Source: an uncultured delta proteobacterium
GTDB lineage: Bacteria > Bdellovibrionota > FAC87 > UBA2466
DNA: 64,000 bases
Reading direction: 5' to 3'
Assembly (NCBI GenBank): GCA_963778115.1
Contig: CAVZSV010000001.1
Coordinates: 96,001 to 160,000 of the forward strand
Shown here: in pieces, positions 1-10,522 of the stretch
Numbering within the stretch: position 1 is the stretch's first letter
Layout: the number at the start of each line of letters is the position of its first letter
Translations under genes and position numbers: made by a program
The notes under the pieces: generated by a model
Told to the model about the DNA's origin: nothing
Seen by the model: only the letters and a program-made list of their open reading frames with translations
The model's database searches: none

Positions 1-2
1 CA

Positions 3-1277
3 CAAAATTCGGACACTAACGATAGCGTTTCATCCAGCGATACCCCTTCCTGGAAGCCCAACTTAATTCGCTGGCCACTTTCCACTTTCACGGTAGTTCA
101 CGCCACGACTTTACCGTCGAAAGCGGCCCCGACGGATTCAGAATCCATGCATCTAAGTTTTTCGCAATGGCTCTTTAAAAACGCCGTCTTTTCCGGAGGC
201 GATGCCAATGAAAGAGAAGCCGATACGGCTAATGACTGGAACGATTATGCTTACTGGCTCGACAGCGCCATGGCGAATCTTGATAACTTTCTAAGTAACG
301 CTCCCAGCGGAGTGACCGTACTTGTAGACCTTCATATTGCTCCTTGGGGATGCAGCCCTTCGAATAGGACGGTCTTCGCCTCTCCCCTCAACGTATTTCA
401 AAATCCCAACTTATTTGAAAACCCCCTTTGCCAGGATCTTTTTAAGAACGCTTGGGCATATCTATCGCTGCGTTACGGACAGAACCCGAAAGTTTGGGGA
501 TTTGATGTTTTAAATGAACCTTGGGTCGCTTCGGTGGGAGCTAGTAATTGGAATTCCGCGGCAGCTCTTTGGAATTCTTTGGCTGAGACGAGTGCTAAAA
601 TTATCCAAAGCAATGCCGCAGCTGATAAACGAATTGTTATTGAATCGCCCTATGGAGATCCCAAAACTATACTGACGATCAAGCCGGTCACCGGAGTGGC
701 AAACGCCGTCTATAGCTTTCATATGTATTGGCCTACCGACTTTACCTATCAAGGAATCAGCACTTCCGTTTGCCCCTGCACTCCTAAGAGTGCCGACGAT
801 AAGAGCTGTGCCGACTCCGCCAAGGTATTACCTTCCGTGTTCCCGAGCGCTTCTATGTCATCGATCATTCCGGATTATGCCTCTCCTTCTAGCAAGCCGG
901 TTTACGGATCGTGGGATGTAGCGGGTCTCCAACAGGCCATCCGACCCGTAGTGCTCTTCCAGCAGCAATACCATGTTCCCATTTACGTCGGAGAATTTAG
1001 CGCCTCACGCTGGACCTCTCCCGGTAGTGCGGCGAATTTTCTTGATGCCTGTATCAACCTCTTTGAGAGCCACGGATGGGATTGGACCTATTTTTCTGAC
1101 ATCCAAAATACGACGGATGCGACGTCAGGCAGTGCATTTAATGTGACACTGCCGGAAGGGGCGCAATATGATTATTTTTGTCCGTCGCGCCCTTCAGACT
1201 CTCTGCAGTCCTCGACGTCGACTTCAAGAATGCAAGTTCTAATGAAGGCGTTTGACGGAAATCTCACCACTCCCTAG
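3..1277 (+). CDS. Glycoside hydrolase family 5 (cellulase-like), 5'-truncated by window edge
   Basis: Frame is open from position 3 (…PNLIRWPL…) through ORF 147..1277; GH5 motifs DLH, GFDVLNEP (acid/base), SFHMY, IYVGEF (nucleophile). Confidence 0.85.
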   Translation, partial: QNSDTNDSVSSSDTPSWKPNLIRWPLSTFTVVHATTLPSKAAPTDSESMHLSFSQWLFKNAVFSGGDANEREADTANDWNDYAYWLDSAMANLDNFLSNAPSGVTVLVDLHIAPWGCSPSNRTVFASPLNVFQNPNLFENPLCQDLFKNAWAYLSLRYGQNPKVWGFDVLNEPWVASVGASNWNSAAALWNSLAETSAKIIQSNAAADKRIVIESPYGDPKTILTIKPVTGVANAVYSFHMYWPTDFTYQGISTSVCPCTPKSADDKSCADSAKVLPSVFPSASMSSIIPDYASPSSKPVYGSWDVAGLQQAIRPVVLFQQQYHVPIYVGEFSASRWTSPGSAANFLDACINLFESHGWDWTYFSDIQNTTDATSGSAFNVTLPEGAQYDYFCPSRPSDSLQSSTSTSRMQVLMKAFDGNLTTP

Positions 1278-1282
1278 CGTTT

Positions 1283-2653
1283 TTAGATCGGCTGATCAGA
1301 AGAATCACTGCCGTGCCTCCCCGGATTCTCTCCGGCGGGTTGGCGGTGAGGTCTTAGATCTTGGGTATTAGCTAAATCGTTATAGCTTGCGTGAGGTCGC
1401 GGAAGATCAAAACCTAAATTTTGAAGCAGCTGTTTCGCCCAACCCACGTCACTATAAACACGCTCTCCGTTAAGCCCACCGAGCAAGGCTCCAATTAAGT
1501 TTCCAAACCTGTCGAAAACTCCGCCTCCCGAATCGCCTTGGACGGTTTGAGTTCCGCTCTGAGCGACTTCAAAGAGGTGGCCCAATACTCTTCCAACCCT
1601 TGCTAATCCCGTACCCATGCCGGCACCCAGCATTCGGTGGGAGTATTTTATAGACTCCTCATTTTGAAGGGGAGAATCGCGCATCGGAATGGGCTGTATG
1701 TCGCCTTTGCAGGGAAAAATAATGACGCCTCCATCATTAGCGCGTGCTATCTGATTGGGTGTAGGACGGTTTTTTAAATCATTGGGATTGAGATAGATTT
1801 TTGCTCCCTGAATCTCTCCAAAATCAGACGCGAGGAAGGTAGCTTTTCCCACTAGAGCACCGGCTTCTTGCCCTTTTTCAGCCGATGCGACATAGGCATC
1901 ATTCAAACAGTGCGTGGCGGTCACAGCGGCGCACAGAAATTCCGAGGCCACTTTCTTAACCGCGGCCAAAGTCCCCTGACACCCATTATAGACGGTACGA
2001 TTTCCCTCTCGCATGGCGAGCCTATAGGAAAAGCTCATTAGTCCGTTTTGACCTATTCTGGTTTCCTGGCCTCCGGCCTGGGGAACTTCGCCTGTCCTTA
2101 CACCCGCTCCCCCAGAAATGGGATTGCTCGCTGGACCAGAATTAGCAGTACCGGCGCGTGCCCCTCGGCTGGGAGGATCCTCTGCCGCTACTGGAAACCC
2201 ACTGCTGCCAGGCGAACCGTGCCCCAAAGCCCCTTCGGGGCCGGGATTCGATCCGGAATTAAATCCTATTCCTGCTCCTGCTCCCCCTCCAAAAATCTGC
2301 GGATCGATAAAACCATCACGGCCCTGAGAAGGATTTCCTCCCTCTGAGGGTTCACTTCTTAAATTTGCGAACTGCCCTGCATCGATTCCCCCTCGGCCGC
2401 CTTCCAATGCGCCCAACGGCGATTCCTCGGGTCCGAGACCTTGCGAAGGGCCGCCACCGCTCGGCCCTCCTCCGCCACCCATGCCGCTTAAGCAGCCGCA
2501 AAAACTGGAAAGCAAAGCAAAAAACGCCATTAGTATGAGAATACGAAATTTCAGAAAGCCCCCCGAACTTATGACAATGCAAAGGGCAGACCGAACGGAG
2601 CTAAATGAGGAGCTCGAAAAAACATGAGCCGATTCCAGACGATAGGTACGCAA
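1283..2653 (-). CDS. Trypsin-like serine protease with Gly/Pro-rich N-terminal linker, probably exported
   Basis: VTATHC, D-GGVI and QGDSGGG catalytic triad motifs; hydrophobic stretch plus Cys near N-terminus; true start probably downstream of 2653. Confidence 0.75.
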   Translation of the reverse strand: MRTYRLESAHVFSSSSFSSVRSALCIVISSGGFLKFRILILMAFFALLSSFCGCLSGMGGGGGPSGGGPSQGLGPEESPLGALEGGRGGIDAGQFANLRSEPSEGGNPSQGRDGFIDPQIFGGGAGAGIGFNSGSNPGPEGALGHGSPGSSGFPVAAEDPPSRGARAGTANSGPASNPISGGAGVRTGEVPQAGGQETRIGQNGLMSFSYRLAMREGNRTVYNGCQGTLAAVKKVASEFLCAAVTATHCLNDAYVASAEKGQEAGALVGKATFLASDFGEIQGAKIYLNPNDLKNRPTPNQIARANDGGVIIFPCKGDIQPIPMRDSPLQNEESIKYSHRMLGAGMGTGLARVGRVLGHLFEVAQSGTQTVQGDSGGGVFDRFGNLIGALLGGLNGERVYSDVGWAKQLLQNLGFDLPRPHASYNDLANTQDLRPHRQPAGENPGRHGSDSSDQPI

Positions 2654-2825
2654 AACACGCGATGTAAAAGGGGGGTATTCTGCGAGAATATGTCGACTGA
2701 ATACTCACCTCGTTCCGGGGTATACGGCTCCGTGCCTCTTTCTCTTATCTATGACTCAGGGTCATCCCCGACAGATTTAGCGCATGCGTTGGGAATGATT
2801 TGGAGAATGTTTTTGGCCTAGGAGT

Positions 2826-3614
2826 TGATACGGGGTGAAGCGACATCCCCAACCATCCATGGGACGATTTGGTTGCGAAACTAAATCAAGAACCTAGGGG
2901 GAATGGGGATGTCGCCAGTGAAATTCCGTCTTAAGGAGTTGTTGCCAAGTCTTAGTGAGCAAGCCAAGTCCTGTCAGGACCGAGAGGTTAAAAAGAGGCT
3001 TTATCTGGTCAAGGCGATAGCGACGTCTAGGAGATCGATAAAGTCGGCGTGTGATTTTAGAGGAGTAAGTCGGGACCGGTTCTATGAGTGGTCGAAGAGA
3101 TTGCTCAAGGGGAAGAGTATTTCGGCTCTAGCCCCGCTGTCCCTAAAGCCCCATCGAAGTCCCCATAAGACAAAATCTCAAATCGAGAAAAAGATAATCG
3201 AGCACAGAAAGGCTCATTCCCCCGGGCGAAAAGGAGCTTAACGGAAAGGTCGAGAATACCCCCAAGTACGACGATTCGGAATTCTACAGCCAACACGATT
3301 TGCGAACCTACATGCAACTCTTCGTGGCAATGAAAAACTATAACTACAACTGGAACGAGAATAGAAAAACCAAAACCCTCGGCTGGAGAACTCCAGGGTT
3401 ACTCCTAGAGGAAATCAATACCACGATCCTCATCCTGCTCCAATGCTGCCTGCCAGAGCCGCCAGAAACACCCGTCGAACAAAAAACACAATTGCCCACT
3501 AAACCCCAAAAACCAAAAAACCGAATTATCGCTTGGATGGATTGGGAGGCGGCGCAATACCCCAAGTATGCTTTTCTAGCCGTGTCCGGGATGTCTCAAA
3601 TTTTTTCAGTAACA
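2826..3614 (+). mobile_element. Internally deleted IS481-like insertion sequence remnant
   Basis: 2903..3241 encodes an HTH transposase N-terminus; after a frame change comes ELNGKVE…EFY…WNENRKTKTLGWRTP, typical of the integrase-core C-terminus; the middle DDE region is missing; right end reads …TCAGTAACA at 3614; left boundary is weak. Confidence 0.6.
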
Positions 3615-3619
3615 CGGGA

Positions 3620-5206
3620 TTACTCGAGTGCCTGGTATAGCATCGGTCGGGCAATCGGCATGGTGAACGAAAAGGTCGAACCTTTCTCTGGCTCAGACTC
3701 CACCCAGATTCGGCCGCCGAAATTCTCCACTATCTTCTTGCAGGTTGCTAGACCTATCCCCATACCCGGATATTCATCCCGTCCGTGTAATCTCTCGAAC
3801 ATGCCGAAAACCTTATCGAGATACTCCCGCTCGATGCCTATTCCGTTATCTCTGACGGAAAAAATCCAATGGTCTTCTTTGAGACCGACGGAGATCTCAA
3901 CCTGCGGGGGGGTTCCAAGCTTGTGGTATTTGACGGCGTTGCTGATTAAGTTTTGGAATAATTGGCCCAATAGCAATTTATCGCAATAAACCCTTGGTAG
4001 TTCTGCGATGCTGAGGGTTGCCCTTTGTTCCTTAAGGCAAATCGCTAGCGTGGAGAGAACCTGATCCACGACTTTTCGGCAGTCCACTTCCTCACAAACC
4101 AGTTTTGCTTTTCTGCCGATGCGTGAATACTCTAGCAGCGACTTAACAAGGGCGGTCAATCTCTTGGCACCATCCACCGCGTAAAAAAGATATTTTTTTT
4201 CTTGTTCATTTAACTTTCCATCGCAGGAGCGCGATATTAGCTGGCAATAGGTCGATATCATCCGTAGGGGCTCAGCCAAGTCGTGTGCGGCGACTGAGGA
4301 GTAATTTTCAAGCTCCGTATTCGATCTCCCGAGTTCTTCGAGCGCCACTCTCAGCTCCTCTCGGTTTTTTGAAAGCTGGCGGTTGTGGTTTACGAAAAAG
4401 AAAAATGAGATCACGATGGGCGGAATAAATTCCAAAAATTGAAGCGCCCACCAACGAACGTCCCACAACGACGAAAGGGGTTGAATTACGGCTGCCAAAC
4501 CGAAGAGCAGACAGCAAAGTAGAAGTGAAATGGACTCAGCGTTGGAGACCGCCGTCCGCATTCTTAAAAATGCCGCAGAAAAAAACAGAACCGCAGCACA
4601 ACCCCCGAGCATTCCGGATACCCACGTGAATTGTCCGGCAATGAGGATGGGAGGAAGCAGATCGGGAAAAGCACAAGCGATACTTCCAAATGCCATTGCC
4701 AGTGCCAGTGCCAGAACCAGGGCCAAACGACGTTTTCTAATGCTGTTATCACTCGATATCGGTAGCCAGGCCACTAAAAAGGAAAAGCCCAACGCGACCG
4801 AACTTATCCGATGGAGCCAGGTGACCTTGACCATGTCTTCGGTGACCCCTGCCATGAGCCTAAGTAGGGCCACCAGCCCAAGCGCAAACGCAATCGTCGA
4901 AACGCTGGGATTTCCCTCATTCTGAAGTCTCTGACTAAGAAACAAGAGCACTGCGGTTGTGAAAATAGTTACCGCCGCCGCTTCGTCCAAAATGGAGTCG
5001 AGACGCGCGTTCTCCCAGTTCCCATTAGGAAGCAAGAGCAGGGTTACCAAAAATAAGACAACCACCGAGACGACACAGGCAAGGGGATTCCCTCGAATTA
5101 GTTGGCGAATGCCTGTCTTAAGACGCCCAAGGGCAGCGGTCTTCGTCGAGAGAATTGGCCTTTGGATCGCTGGACTGCAACCATTATGGCTCAAGATTTT
5201 TACCAC
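3620..5206 (-). CDS. Multi-TM sensor histidine kinase (Cph1-like transmitter)
   Basis: H-box AAHDLAEPL, N-box QNLISNAVKY, G boxes DNGIGI and GMGIGLA; several N-terminal TM helices. Confidence 0.9.
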   Translation of the reverse strand: MVKILSHNGCSPAIQRPILSTKTAALGRLKTGIRQLIRGNPLACVVSVVVLFLVTLLLLPNGNWENARLDSILDEAAAVTIFTTAVLLFLSQRLQNEGNPSVSTIAFALGLVALLRLMAGVTEDMVKVTWLHRISSVALGFSFLVAWLPISSDNSIRKRRLALVLALALAMAFGSIACAFPDLLPPILIAGQFTWVSGMLGGCAAVLFFSAAFLRMRTAVSNAESISLLLCCLLFGLAAVIQPLSSLWDVRWWALQFLEFIPPIVISFFFFVNHNRQLSKNREELRVALEELGRSNTELENYSSVAAHDLAEPLRMISTYCQLISRSCDGKLNEQEKKYLFYAVDGAKRLTALVKSLLEYSRIGRKAKLVCEEVDCRKVVDQVLSTLAICLKEQRATLSIAELPRVYCDKLLLGQLFQNLISNAVKYHKLGTPPQVEISVGLKEDHWIFSVRDNGIGIEREYLDKVFGMFERLHGRDEYPGMGIGLATCKKIVENFGGRIWVESEPEKGSTFSFTMPIARPMLYQALE

Positions 5207-5405
5207 TTACCCTCTCTCCAATCCGCTGACAAGCGCCCTGGGAACCTGGACCTGTCGCGTTTTAACACTGAAGCGCGGAAGATAAAAGAGGTTGCGACAC
5301 GCAAGTCGACGCGCTCGGGGAAATAAAGAGGTGGCCAAATGGCTCTTCGAAGTCCTATGATATATAAGGCTTTTGCCTATCTTTTCTGATGAGGGGCCGA
5401 AATAA

Positions 5406-5840
5406 ATGAAGGACTCAAGACCCGTTGAAGTACTGTTGGTAGAGGATAACCCTGGCGATATTGGGCTCTTGCGCGAAGCGTTCAAACACGTCAAGGCACC
5501 GATGAAACTCAATGTGGTCGGGGATGGCGAAAAGGCGATGGCATTTCTTAAAAGAACCGGATCGAACAAGAATGCTCCCGTGCCGGATCTGGTTCTGCTT
5601 GATCTTAAGCTTCCCAAAAAAGGCGGCCATGAAGTGTTAAAAGAGATAAAAGGCGACGAAGGTTTAAAAGCGATCCCGGTGTTGATTGTAACGACTTCGC
5701 AGTCTAAGGATGACGTTCGATTGTCTTATCAAAATCATGCGAACGCGTATGTAACCAAGCCTGGAGACTTGGATGAATTCATGCAAGTCGCTAAGGCGAT
5801 TGATGAGTTTTGGTTTCGGACCGCCGCACACCCCCACTAA
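5406..5840 (+). CDS. Single-domain response regulator (Rcp1-like)
   Basis: LLVEDN, LLDLKLP, TTS, YVTKP receiver motifs. Confidence 0.92.
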   Translation: MKDSRPVEVLLVEDNPGDIGLLREAFKHVKAPMKLNVVGDGEKAMAFLKRTGSNKNAPVPDLVLLDLKLPKKGGHEVLKEIKGDEGLKAIPVLIVTTSQSKDDVRLSYQNHANAYVTKPGDLDEFMQVAKAIDEFWFRTAAHPH

Positions 5841-6003
5841 AGTAAATCTGAATGACTTGGACCTAGACGGGTGGATTTTGGTCCCCAGCAGTCTCACCAA
5901 AATCGAGTAGTTCGCCATAACGGACACCCCATTCCACATCGGTAACGCTACGTTCGCGGCTCAAGTGGACGAATTTCAAACTTGATGCTATCCCCTACTC
6001 AGC

Positions 6004-6435
6004 ATGAATGAAGAAGGCCGAAAACCTATTATGTTTGAGTTTGACGTTGACGTACGCTTTGCAGAGCTCGATTTTTACGGCCACGTCAATCTCAGTAAGT
6101 ATTTGGATATTGTCGTTACCTCGCGATTTCTTTATTTAGAGCGTGTCCTAAAAATCTCCCTCGCCGAAACGGCAAAGGCGGGTGTTGCCTTCTATACGGC
6201 CAAAGCGTTCCAAGAATTTTTACGCCCGATTAAAGGTCTTCAAAGAGTGCGCGTGAAATCGTTCGTCGAAAAGGTCAACGACACTCGTTTGGAAGTTCCC
6301 TATGAGATATACGACGCCCAGGGAAAGGTTCTTTATTCCAAAGGGCTTCTGACCTTCGCCATTATGGATCTTAAGACCAACCGACCTTGCCCTCTTCCCG
6401 ACTCGGCTAAAGATTGGCTTTTTGAGAAAAACTAA
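6004..6435 (+). CDS. Acyl-CoA thioesterase (4HBT/YbgC hotdog family)
   Basis: VRFAELDFYGHVN motif. Confidence 0.85.
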   Translation: MNEEGRKPIMFEFDVDVRFAELDFYGHVNLSKYLDIVVTSRFLYLERVLKISLAETAKAGVAFYTAKAFQEFLRPIKGLQRVRVKSFVEKVNDTRLEVPYEIYDAQGKVLYSKGLLTFAIMDLKTNRPCPLPDSAKDWLFEKN

Positions 6436-6606
6436 GTTCGCTGCAACAACACGCCCAACCCGATACTGACTGCAAACGAGTGAAGCCAGCTTTATAGTTC
6501 ATGATGCACTTCGTTTGGGTAGGTCTTTCTCACCTGAAGGATTCCAACCAATTTTTCGTTGTCAGCCATCATAGCTTTTCTTTCTACGCTTTCATTGTCT
6601 TGAAGC

Positions 6607-9030
6607 TCACTCAATTCTCCTTCCCCCCTCTTCCGTCATCGGCGGCGTGTTGACCGCATTTCCCATTCGCAGCAAGTCTTGGATCAGAAACGGACGGTTG
6701 GCACTTTTCCTTGGTAGTGGCGGACCTAAGTCAATTCCATTACGCAAATGGACGGTTGCCTGCCCTTCGTCGTCAATGGTGACGATGGCAAGCATCCAAT
6801 CGGCGTCGTCTAAATGATCGTGGGCGAAGTTTACTTCGGTTGGATAAAAAACTACCGTTCCGTTGGGATCAGAACTGCTTTTAACCTCGATGTGCATCTT
6901 GCGTTGGTGTTGGGAATCCGTGACCAATACGTCATAACCCATTTGGTCCTGAGTGCGGTTGTAAGTGACTAAATTTTGCTGTTCTAAGACACCCCGAACG
7001 GCCTCCACACTTATCTCTTCCATCGCCGAACGATAGGCGCCTGTTTGCTTTCCATTTCCCCGGGCTGATTTCAATCGATTCACCAAATGGGAGGAAGTAG
7101 GCATCGCTTTTATCGCGAAGGGATCTTCTTCTTCCGCAGGCTCGGAGAGGATCTTGGTCTTAGGCGTCGAAGATCGTAGACTGAGTCGATTAAGTGGGAT
7201 CTTTGGCATCTCCCTCATGCTTTGCAGCCATTCCGCTTCGTTTTCGGGCGTCGGGTCCACCAAATAATTCCTAGCCGACTCTGCAATCCTAGCGAGAGGC
7301 TCATCCAACGGTGAAATAATTCCGTGGGCGACATCCACCGAACGTTGGATTCCTCGAAGCAAGCGCAAGAGATCCTCTTTTGCTTCGACGGGGATCGCGG
7401 TGGTTTTCTCACTGTTAGGAATTTTTCTAAGACGAGCAAGAACTGGAGCTAGGTCGCGCCCGTTTGCGGGAAACTGAATGTTAACTATTCCGTTCGTTAA
7501 CTCGATCATAGGGCGCTCTTTGTCGAGCTCAGAAAGGTGAATGCCGCCGCTGATACCTCCATTGCTCGCCGGAGGAGGAGTAAAGAGAATTCCAGTTCCC
7601 GTATTGGTGACCGACCATTGCCCGTTGTGGATATCGATCCCCCCTGCTAACGATTTGGTAAAGCGGGCGGTCAGATTTTGGAACCCGGGGGCGGCTGCGA
7701 CCGCCTTGGCTGTGCTTAACCGTGCATTGAAAGCGGCATCTGCAGAACGTGCGGCAAGATAGCGTTTCAAATGCGTATCGGACTGCTCGGCCATCCTGAG
7801 AAGACCTCGAAAGGCAACATCAGTAGCCATGGGAATTTCCAGTGTGGTCGGAGAAGTATCTCCTAGGGGAACAATGTTTCCACGGAAAGGGGTAGGAGTT
7901 CCTGAATTTTGCATTCCCACAACCTGTACCATCCGTAATTGAAGAGGGGTGTTAAGATGGTCTTCTCTGCCAAAAAGTAGGAACTGCGGTGCCACAATAA
8001 AATTTCCCAACCGGTCGACGTAGGCATAATTCCATTTCGCGGCGTGGGGAGAAAAAATGGCGCGACGCTGCCCTCGGAGAGGGTCACTTTCGCCAATATT
8101 GTGGACTTTGATAACTAAGCGGCCGACTTCGGTGGCGTCATCCTCAAAAAATTCGAGCGCCGGATATTTCTTTCCTTGGATCTCTATCGTCGTCTCCTGG
8201 AATTTAAGGCCCAGACGTTGCGCGAGGCTAAGACCGGCGCGATAGGCCGCGCTTCCGATGCGCTGGACCTCCTCGGGCGACGCCGCTCCGGTAATGGCCT
8301 CGATATTTTGAAATTCGGCAAATTTAGCCAGGATAGCCATTTCTAGTTCCTGGTTGTGTTTCTCTAACTCCGATAGCTCCTCACGAAGTCGGGCGAGCTT
8401 GTCTGGCTTTTTTCCCGAACGAGTGAGATTAAAAATGACGTCTCGAATTCCTCGAATTCGCTCTTGGGTTTCGGCTAAGAATTGACCCTCAGTGGAGATG
8501 AAAGCCGCCGCCATCCGTGCAGTGGCGACGCGAAGATTTTCGGGATCGACATATTTGCCCGGCCTTCGATTTTTCGCGACCAAGTCAAACATGATCGGTT
8601 TAGCGGCATCCTTGAGGCGATCGGCTTCCGCTTCTGTTAGGTGTGCGGGAGGGACCTGGTAGGTCAAAGGGTCAACGCCCAAAGGGTGGATTTTAGTCCA
8701 AGCGATCTCAAAGTCTGGGTATCTGGGGAGATCAACAAATAACTTAATTTGGTGGATCGCTTGCAGCGCCATGTTTGGCATCATATGAAAGGGCATGCTG
8801 TTGGGTGTTGAGGCGACGACCTCGAGGGGATCGTCGTAAATTTCTTGAAATCGGCAAAGGGCTGCGAAACATGCGGGGTCAATGCCTGCGGGGACAGTTG
8901 TGGTTGAAAGACATGATGGTTTTTCTAGATCTCCAGCGGCGAATGCTGAGGGAATACGGCAGAGAGACAAGACAACGCTGGCGACAAAACCGTAGACGAA
9001 AGGTGTGACAAATTTCGGGTATCGATGCAC
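6607..9030 (-). CDS. Secreted protein with C-terminal DUF3883-like PD-(D/E)xK nuclease domain
   Basis: Signal-peptide-like N-terminus ending SAFA; C-terminal E…GYDVLV…HIEVKSS…E…A pattern. Confidence 0.6.
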   Translation of the reverse strand: MHRYPKFVTPFVYGFVASVVLSLCRIPSAFAAGDLEKPSCLSTTTVPAGIDPACFAALCRFQEIYDDPLEVVASTPNSMPFHMMPNMALQAIHQIKLFVDLPRYPDFEIAWTKIHPLGVDPLTYQVPPAHLTEAEADRLKDAAKPIMFDLVAKNRRPGKYVDPENLRVATARMAAAFISTEGQFLAETQERIRGIRDVIFNLTRSGKKPDKLARLREELSELEKHNQELEMAILAKFAEFQNIEAITGAASPEEVQRIGSAAYRAGLSLAQRLGLKFQETTIEIQGKKYPALEFFEDDATEVGRLVIKVHNIGESDPLRGQRRAIFSPHAAKWNYAYVDRLGNFIVAPQFLLFGREDHLNTPLQLRMVQVVGMQNSGTPTPFRGNIVPLGDTSPTTLEIPMATDVAFRGLLRMAEQSDTHLKRYLAARSADAAFNARLSTAKAVAAAPGFQNLTARFTKSLAGGIDIHNGQWSVTNTGTGILFTPPPASNGGISGGIHLSELDKERPMIELTNGIVNIQFPANGRDLAPVLARLRKIPNSEKTTAIPVEAKEDLLRLLRGIQRSVDVAHGIISPLDEPLARIAESARNYLVDPTPENEAEWLQSMREMPKIPLNRLSLRSSTPKTKILSEPAEEEDPFAIKAMPTSSHLVNRLKSARGNGKQTGAYRSAMEEISVEAVRGVLEQQNLVTYNRTQDQMGYDVLVTDSQHQRKMHIEVKSSSDPNGTVVFYPTEVNFAHDHLDDADWMLAIVTIDDEGQATVHLRNGIDLGPPLPRKSANRPFLIQDLLRMGNAVNTPPMTEEGGRRIE

Positions 9031-9135
9031 CGGTAGGCAGTCCTCCGCGTATTACTTCTGACAGCCTTGGAAGTATGCAAACGCCGTTCCTGAATAAGGC
9101 TCTAGTGAATCCTTGAATTCCCTCAGTTAACGTGA

Positions 9136-9954
9136 TCAAAGCAGCGATCGCGGAAATTCCACGGCATCGATCACAAGATAAGCGTTATTAACGCTCGGTT
9201 TAAGAGTGAGGACGTAGTGTCCGGTCTTTAACTTGGCCCCCACTTGGGCCGAGTATGGGACAGCCAGGTGACAAACGCCGCCCGCCGCTAATACTACGGC
9301 GTCGCCCTGCTGGCGCCACACGTTTCCACCACTACTTTTTTCGTTGAAGAACTTAGTCAAAATGGGTGCGATGGCACTATTACATTCCCCTTTGGAAGCG
9401 CTGTTACCGAGCGAAAGTAACTTCAAAGCACTCTGCGCGACGACCGAGGGAGTATCATCCGACTTGGCCCAGTTAAAAGCCACTGAATAGCTGGTCTCGA
9501 TCTCGGCGAAGTAGTTCATTCGAAAACTAACTTCAGATTCACTATCGGGAGTCGCAATGATGTATTCCCAGCCCGTGTGAGGCTCTAAATTTCCCTTGGC
9601 CCGATTATTTGCGGGTATTTCCGACCAAAGATAGGGCACAAGCAGATGGCAGCTATTTCCACGAGCAACGATCGATGCCTCGCCGTTCTGTAGGAACCTG
9701 CACTGCTTTGCAGGACAAAACGCTGCATAGTTTTGACAATTCTTCATTAGGTCAGACGCGTTCTTATAGCCATCATGTTGATGGTAGTATTTGGCCTCTT
9801 TTGAAAATAGCGACACGTAGCCATTGCAATCCTGCCCTAGGCTCGAGAAGAGCTTGTGAAGAAGCGGAGCCATATCCTTCGTCGAACAAGGAACAGCCAT
9901 TACCGACGGTCCAACAACGCCGAGTGCAAATAAAGCTAAAGCAAATAAGCGCAT
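9136..9954 (-). CDS. Secreted Cys-containing protein with internal duplication (possible tandem NTF2-like domains)
   Basis: Signal peptide; repeated halves APLLHKLF…QNGEASIV…CHLLVPY and APILTKFF…QQGDAVVL…CHLAVPY. Confidence 0.55.
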   Translation of the reverse strand: MRLFALALFALGVVGPSVMAVPCSTKDMAPLLHKLFSSLGQDCNGYVSLFSKEAKYYHQHDGYKNASDLMKNCQNYAAFCPAKQCRFLQNGEASIVARGNSCHLLVPYLWSEIPANNRAKGNLEPHTGWEYIIATPDSESEVSFRMNYFAEIETSYSVAFNWAKSDDTPSVVAQSALKLLSLGNSASKGECNSAIAPILTKFFNEKSSGGNVWRQQGDAVVLAAGGVCHLAVPYSAQVGAKLKTGHYVLTLKPSVNNAYLVIDAVEFPRSLL

Positions 9955-9991
9955 ATAAATCTTTCCCTCTCCCCTTACTTATCCGAAAATT

Positions 9992-10088
9992 AGAAGGTGT
10001 CACTCTCCTTTCGGGCCCTTTAGGAACGGGTCACCCAATAGGCAATATGACCCGTACCTTTTGAGCCCGCTGGGAGAGTGACACTTTT
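9992..10088. repeat. Long imperfect palindrome (REP-doublet-like), copy 1
   Basis: Arm GTGTCACTCTCCTTTCGGGCCCTTTAGGAACGGGTCA pairs with TGACCCGTACCTTTTGAGCCCGCTGGGAGAGTGACAC. Confidence 0.85.
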
Positions 10089-10120
10089 CGGACTATAATT
10101 AGTCGTAAAGGAGACTACCT

Positions 10121-10504
10121 ATGCAAACTAAAATACAGCTTGTGGTTCGAGTACTTCTTGGAGCCCTGTTTCTTTTTGGGGGTATCGCCTTCTTCTTTAC
10201 GACACCTCCCGCGCTGACCGGCGACATGGCTACCTATTTTGCCGGTCTCGTTGCTTCCCACTATTTCTTTTACCTTCTTAAATTTAGCGAGATCGTGGTG
10301 GGTGCGTTCCTCGTTTCAGGCTTTTTCGTTCCCCTGGCCTTAGTTATCCTTGCTCCTATTTCCCTTAACATCCTTCTCGTTCACATCTTCTTAGAACCTA
10401 AAGGCCTTCCCACGGCTATAGCAATAGCGATCGCTGTTGTTTACCTCGGGTTTTTCTCCCCCAGCTACAGTCCCGTACTAAGAAAATTGTTTGTTCCCAA
10501 GTGA
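10121..10504 (+). CDS. DoxX family membrane protein
   Basis: R-LLG-LF…EIVVG…LAPISLNILLVH; four hydrophobic segments; AGGAG RBS. Confidence 0.8.
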   Translation: MQTKIQLVVRVLLGALFLFGGIAFFFTTPPALTGDMATYFAGLVASHYFFYLLKFSEIVVGAFLVSGFFVPLALVILAPISLNILLVHIFLEPKGLPTAIAIAIAVVYLGFFSPSYSPVLRKLFVPK

Positions 10505-10522
10505 GTGGAACAACAAGAAGGC

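Noticed and set aside
3615..3989. C-terminal part of ORF 3300..3989
   Set aside because: Antisense shadow of the kinase HATPase domain reached by read-through from the IS remnant
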